From: Balanoglossus misakiensis
Taxonomy: Eukaryota > Animalia > Hemichordata
Direction: 5' to 3'
Assembly: GCA_040954595.2 (NCBI GenBank)
Contig: CM082580.2
Span: 10,704,390-10,768,389, forward strand
Length of the DNA stretch: 64,000 nt
In this document: piece after piece, positions 59,201 through 64,000 of the stretch
Numbering within the stretch: the first letter of the stretch is position 1
Layout: each line of letters starts with the position of its first letter
The notes under the pieces: model-generated
What the model was told of the DNA's origin: nothing
The model's database searches: none
Seen by the model: only the letters and a program-made list of their open reading frames with translations
Translations under genes and position numbers: made by a program

Positions 59201-62200
59201 GGCAACGTTGTTTTTCCGCTTCGGCTATTTTCTTCAGATTGTATATTAAATCGCTACTTGACCAATCTCCATAACTTGGTCGTTTTCCTCACTCTTGCAA
59301 TGAACCACCCGTTTTTAACGATACCGCCTACCTTTGAACTGTTTTTAAATTCAGGCATTTTGTTGTTTACTAGTTTTTTTATTATATAGTTGTTGTTTTA
59401 ATATTAACTTCGACGTTAATTTTCTGGTGATAAATCAGAGGGCCATTGCTATAAATTATATTCTGCAGACCAAAAACGTCCACCTGTCTTAGTCCTAGGT
59501 ATACTGCTTGTGCTAGTGTCCGAATTGGTAATGGAAATCTGGGATCCAGAACTGAGAAAAGATTACTGTATGTTTTGAGTTGGGGGTGGGTCTGGTGTAA
59601 CAGCGTGAGGGTATAGGCCACCCTCCAAGACAACAGGCACCCCTTTGCATGGATATAAGCAGAGAAGGGTGCCTTACCTACACCTGCTGTCTCGGTTGCA
59701 GCGAGAAACCAGGTCCAGACAATACGGCATCGGTTGTTCTTCGTGGGAGCATTGCGGGTTCAACCCTTCGCGCAGAGCGATGCACCGCTCGTCGTCCTGC
59801 TGGCAGTTGCAGAAGACCAAGGAGTGGGTCAAGTGAGCGGGAACGGTGGCAAAGAACGCCGATATCGACGTCAGGCACTCGTCCTTCCGGCAGGCGCCCG
59901 TTATCTGGTCCGGCAAACACCTCTCGATGTACTCAGCCAAGTAGATGCGACACGTCTCGTCGAAATTGCACTGACTCAGGGCTTCTATGCAAGTACTTTC
60001 TGAAAGAAGCAACAGATTGGCGACATGCATGTCACGTCATTTGAAACCATCAAAGTCCGTCCCGGCCTACATACGCAAATTCGTGTCTCGTTCGTTTAAG
60101 GGCTTCCGGCTGGGACAATTTTGAGATTTACTCATGTGAATTAACCGCAGAGGGTTTTCTTTCACTCATTAGTAAGATGACATAGCAGGCGATTCGTCGG
60201 TCACAGTTTTCAAAGCGTCTTCCACCCATGACGTCATGGCATTGTGGCGTTCAAAAAGCAATTTACCCACGTTCTCAGCCTGGAGTGAGGACGCGATGAC
60301 TTCACTGTGATGGTGACGTCAGGATTTCAATTCGACGACAGGTGTTGTACAATCTTACTCACCTCCACCATTGTAACCACCCGTCGGTGCGTGTATCAGA
60401 TCCGACGAACCTTTGGCAGCCGCAATCGCTGAAACGAAACCCACAGCGTGCTATACTTTACTATCAATTATACATTTACCGAAAACAGTGTCGAAGAGTT
60501 CGCAACGTTTACATCGGTATCAAAGAATTATGTTCCTTGGGAAGAAATATGCCAGCGTTGAAATTGCACATCTGACTGCCATTAAGATTACGCTATACTT
60601 TGCTATTCCGGTTAATCGCATCGTGACTGTCGCTGGATAGTTTCGACGACGACGTCTGACGTCATGCCGCGTTTTAACTTATAACGATTCTGATCCAATT
60701 GCCCGTGTCTATATGGACATGGTTGCCTCCTAGGGCGCCACGTTAAAAGCCAACTTACCGGGGAGCGTCACTGTTCCTGTGGGCTTGTCCTCCACTGACC
60801 AGAAGAAAATCAAACGTGAAAACAGTTTAAAATGTTGTTTGTGAAAAAATAACCTGTGATGTCACACAATGGCGCCTACTGATTTCTGTTTGCTCCTAAT
60901 ACTTTGCATGTCTATATAGCAGCATTCCCATTGTACACCTGTTTCAAGAGTAAATTAGTAGGAAACTGACCAATCAAATCAACATGGCTGCATACTAAAT
61001 CGATATTACTCATGACGTAACCACCACCTTTTCAATGCCCTACTTCACTGTGTCAGGTCAAATGTCAAACACCTTCAAAACCACAGAAAAGATGCTAGAC
61101 AAGATATGTTGCGATGTCTGTCTGGACCATATGGACATGACAGTCGACATTTCAAACATCAACAATTGGAACATCATCTTGAGGCTTGTGTGGTAGTATG
61201 TATGCTAATTTTGTGCAGGGATATTAAAAGGGGGCATCCATGACCTGTCTGTTGGCGGTCTATATGAGTTCCACCAAACGCCCTTTGTAAAAGCCAACAA
61301 ACCACACTCCGCCTTGCGTTCACCAGTTCCCCGTCCGTCCCAAACCAGATCAGTCACTTACCACTACACGGGTTTTCGTACAGCTTTTTAAAAAATCGTC
61401 GGCATTTCCTTTCTCTCGCCATTCCTTCGTAACACTGACAGTTTCCCAAAATTGTGGAGTTTAAATATCGCACAGCTTGACGACAATTTTCTCTTGATGG
61501 AGAAACGCAGCCCGATTTTCGCGTTTCGCATTTCGACATGAAATTTGTGAAGAACACAGAACAATATGGCTGCTGCAAGCATGCCGTCCTGGCCGAGTTA
61601 CAGTCATGCGCACGTTCATTATTTAAGATTACGGTTTTTTCAGTACCTTCATCGTTTGGTGACAATTCTAAAAGAAAAAGAACAGGAGATATGTGAGTTC
61701 GATGGGTGTCAGCAAAGACATTTGATGCAAAGGATGGCTAGGAAAGGATTATCAGTTCGCAAGTATATTTTAGCTATAAACGTGTACCTACCGGGATCTG
61801 ACATGTCTTGTGGCTTAGAAGATGTGTATTTGTCAAGCGGCGTTGTTTTTATATGACCACCTGTTAATAAACAACAACAAAAACACGTTAAATATATTTG
61901 TGAAATAAAGATACTTTCAAGCACTTTTTCCCCTGTTGTACTTTTGTTGCAGTCGAAACCTTTTGGATTTACACAAGAATATGACTTTCTATTGTCACTC
62001 ACCCTGTTGTAGACAAGGGTGATTGTACAGCAATCTGTAGATATCATCGCACTCGGCGAAATTTGGTGCTTCGCCATCGCACGAACAGTTTTGGAAAGCC
62101 TGTTGCGATGTTAATGTTTGATGGGCCGCTTGACAGGTCGCTATGTCAGTTATTGTGCATTCTCTCACTGTAAAAAAGACAGAAACACATCAGAGCTTTG

Positions 62201-62836
62201 TGTGTGTGTGTGTGTCGTAATCCTGAATGAAAATTCCTTTTCGAAATATGCAAAACAGCCGTTTTCTGTGTTCTAATTTTGAAAATTATTATTGATTTCC
62301 GATGTCCTTGACAGTACGATGTCTTCCAAGTTGTTTGTTTGGATTTCCATTGATTTATAGCATAACGAGCAATCAACCCTTCATTATGATGTTGCGCATG
62401 CCCGCCAGTCATTCACCTTGTGAATCGTAAACGGTCACTGGGGTCCATAACCTTTATGTGAATTATTCATTTTGCCCGAAACCGGTCGTAATGCCAGTAG
62501 TTTATAGCATTTTAATGGAAATAAAAAAACACCAAAAAATTTATCATGCTGTATGCTCATGAACAACAACAGTAAATTCTGTATCACTTTGCATCCCAAG
62601 TCGTTCGTCAATCAACCGCTGTATCTTTCGATATCATTTGCGATCATTCGACAACGAAACTCATCCTGACGCCATCTTTTGATCACGTGACCCTCACCTG
62701 ACTCGCCACACAGATGTGAGATGTCCATGTACAGAAATATTGTTCTACATGTCAGATCCAGCTTGCAAACTTCCTTGGCGTCTAGGCAGCTGACGAAGCC
62801 TTCACACACCGCGCCACAACAAAGAATTGTCGAGAC
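53233..62836 (-). CDS. GDNF-family-receptor-alpha-like protein (four GDNF/GAS1 domains) with a RECK-like C-terminal region and probable GPI signal; start codon not located
   Basis: GFR domains in exons ~62836-62698 plus 62141-62003 (SCLDAKEVC..NCSC..YNHPC), 61667-61361 (DCNSARTAC..NCQC..YENPC), 59999-59679 and 58468-58261 (CIEALSQC..FCNC..PQCS..CLDL..C..D.RCR..SCTC..FFDNHCV). RECK-like exons at ~55803-55736, 54792-54666, 54516-54406, 54213-54088, 53792-53709, 53454-53233, ending in hydrophobic YFYLFILLYSLGTY*. Confidence 0.8.
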
Positions 62837-64000
62837 TGTAGAAAAAAGAAATATGCACACAACATTAGGCCTATATCACAGTTCAAATTTCAATCGCGTT
62901 TCGGTCACCAAATTTCAGTCTTACCAAACAAGACACAAGCGCATCATGATCAGATTAAGCTTACAACGTGCTTTGTTTTGTGCTGCTTTATTTTCTCAAT
63001 GTCAATGTCACCTTGACCTTTCATGCACGTTTTACTGGAATATATACGTTTTTGTTTCAGTACTCAGACAAGCACATTACTCGTTCGAACCACTCTTTGA
63101 ATTAAGTAAGTCAATATTTGTTTAATACATTATATTTGCCCTCTTTTTGGCTTCTCCTGAGACTTGGCCTATTATTTAGTTCTACAATTCAACCCGTGCG
63201 TCGATAAACCTATAATATTCCGTTGGCATAATTTCGTGCATAGGCCTATACGCTAAATCATCATTCGTGTATTTGTACGCTGCTACGCCTACGCACAGGT
63301 TTAGTCAACATCTGACAATCCCAGTTTTGAAATAAAATGCTGGCAATTATGGTCATTAAATGAAAGAAAAATAAATCGCCGATGCTACTGTATAACAACG
63401 GGGCCTGTTCATGTTTACCTGCTCTAACCCACATACACATCTGCCTCACGATCACACTTATTGCCTTCATTTATATTTAGATCTTTATTAAAGTCCCAAT
63501 AGCTGTCTTTTTGTATTTTTAATATGTTGGTTTGAAATCAAAATCTTTTGTAAAAAAGACTTACCGAAGTGTGACCACTGGCATTTTTTCAGATACTGAC
63601 GATGAACATACGACTTAGATTTTAACAAATCAATAATTTAAAACTTGCCTCAGTCCATCACTGAGGAATAATAACGTTTTCAAATGCAACGTGGCTTAGA
63701 AATAATATTGAAATCGAAAACAAATCTCCGAAGATTATATTGTGTTTTTGGCAAGCAAATTACAAATCGGCTACGGCTGTTAAATGTCATGGAAGACATG
63801 GCGTACACAGGATTATGGACATCGTGGGGAACGATAAGCTTTAATAAAATATCACGATTTTCCTTCCTGAAGTTTTAAGTTTGTATGATCATAAGACCAT
63901 GAATGCTACGGATTATTATTGGACTCCGTCGTGGATATGTAGGGCGACAGAATTACAATACAAACTACAGTCGACCATTTCAGAATCAGGGTAAAGCCAC

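Noticed and set aside
63560-63600. Candidate first coding exon of the GFR-like gene (ATG CCA GTG..CG|gtaagt)
   Set aside because: Phase 2 donor does not fit the phase 1 acceptor at 62836, so the start is left unassigned.

Overview
AT-rich, intron-rich animal genomic DNA (probably a marine invertebrate; lineage is inference), so the ORF track shows exon fragments and the gene models below were spliced by eye. In order: a secreted C-type-lectin/tandem serine-protease gene (-), an intronless class A GPCR (-), a CARD-only ORF (+), PTTG1IP (-), PSMC3/Rpt5 (-), a membrane-anchored JmjC gene (-) head-to-head with a TBC1D2-like Rab-GAP (+), four tandem secreted selenoprotein glutathione peroxidases (+; in-frame TGA plus 3'UTR SECIS each), and a 5'-incomplete GFR-alpha-like gene with a RECK-like C-terminal half (-). 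Most notable: (1) every GPx SECIS is followed by a near-invariant second hairpin, and both are enclosed by a covarying long-range helix; (2) all four GPx have a non-canonical active-site tetrad (WTF for WNF); (3) the GFR-alpha/RECK chimera; (4) a C-type lectin exon cassette inserted inside an active trypsin-fold domain.
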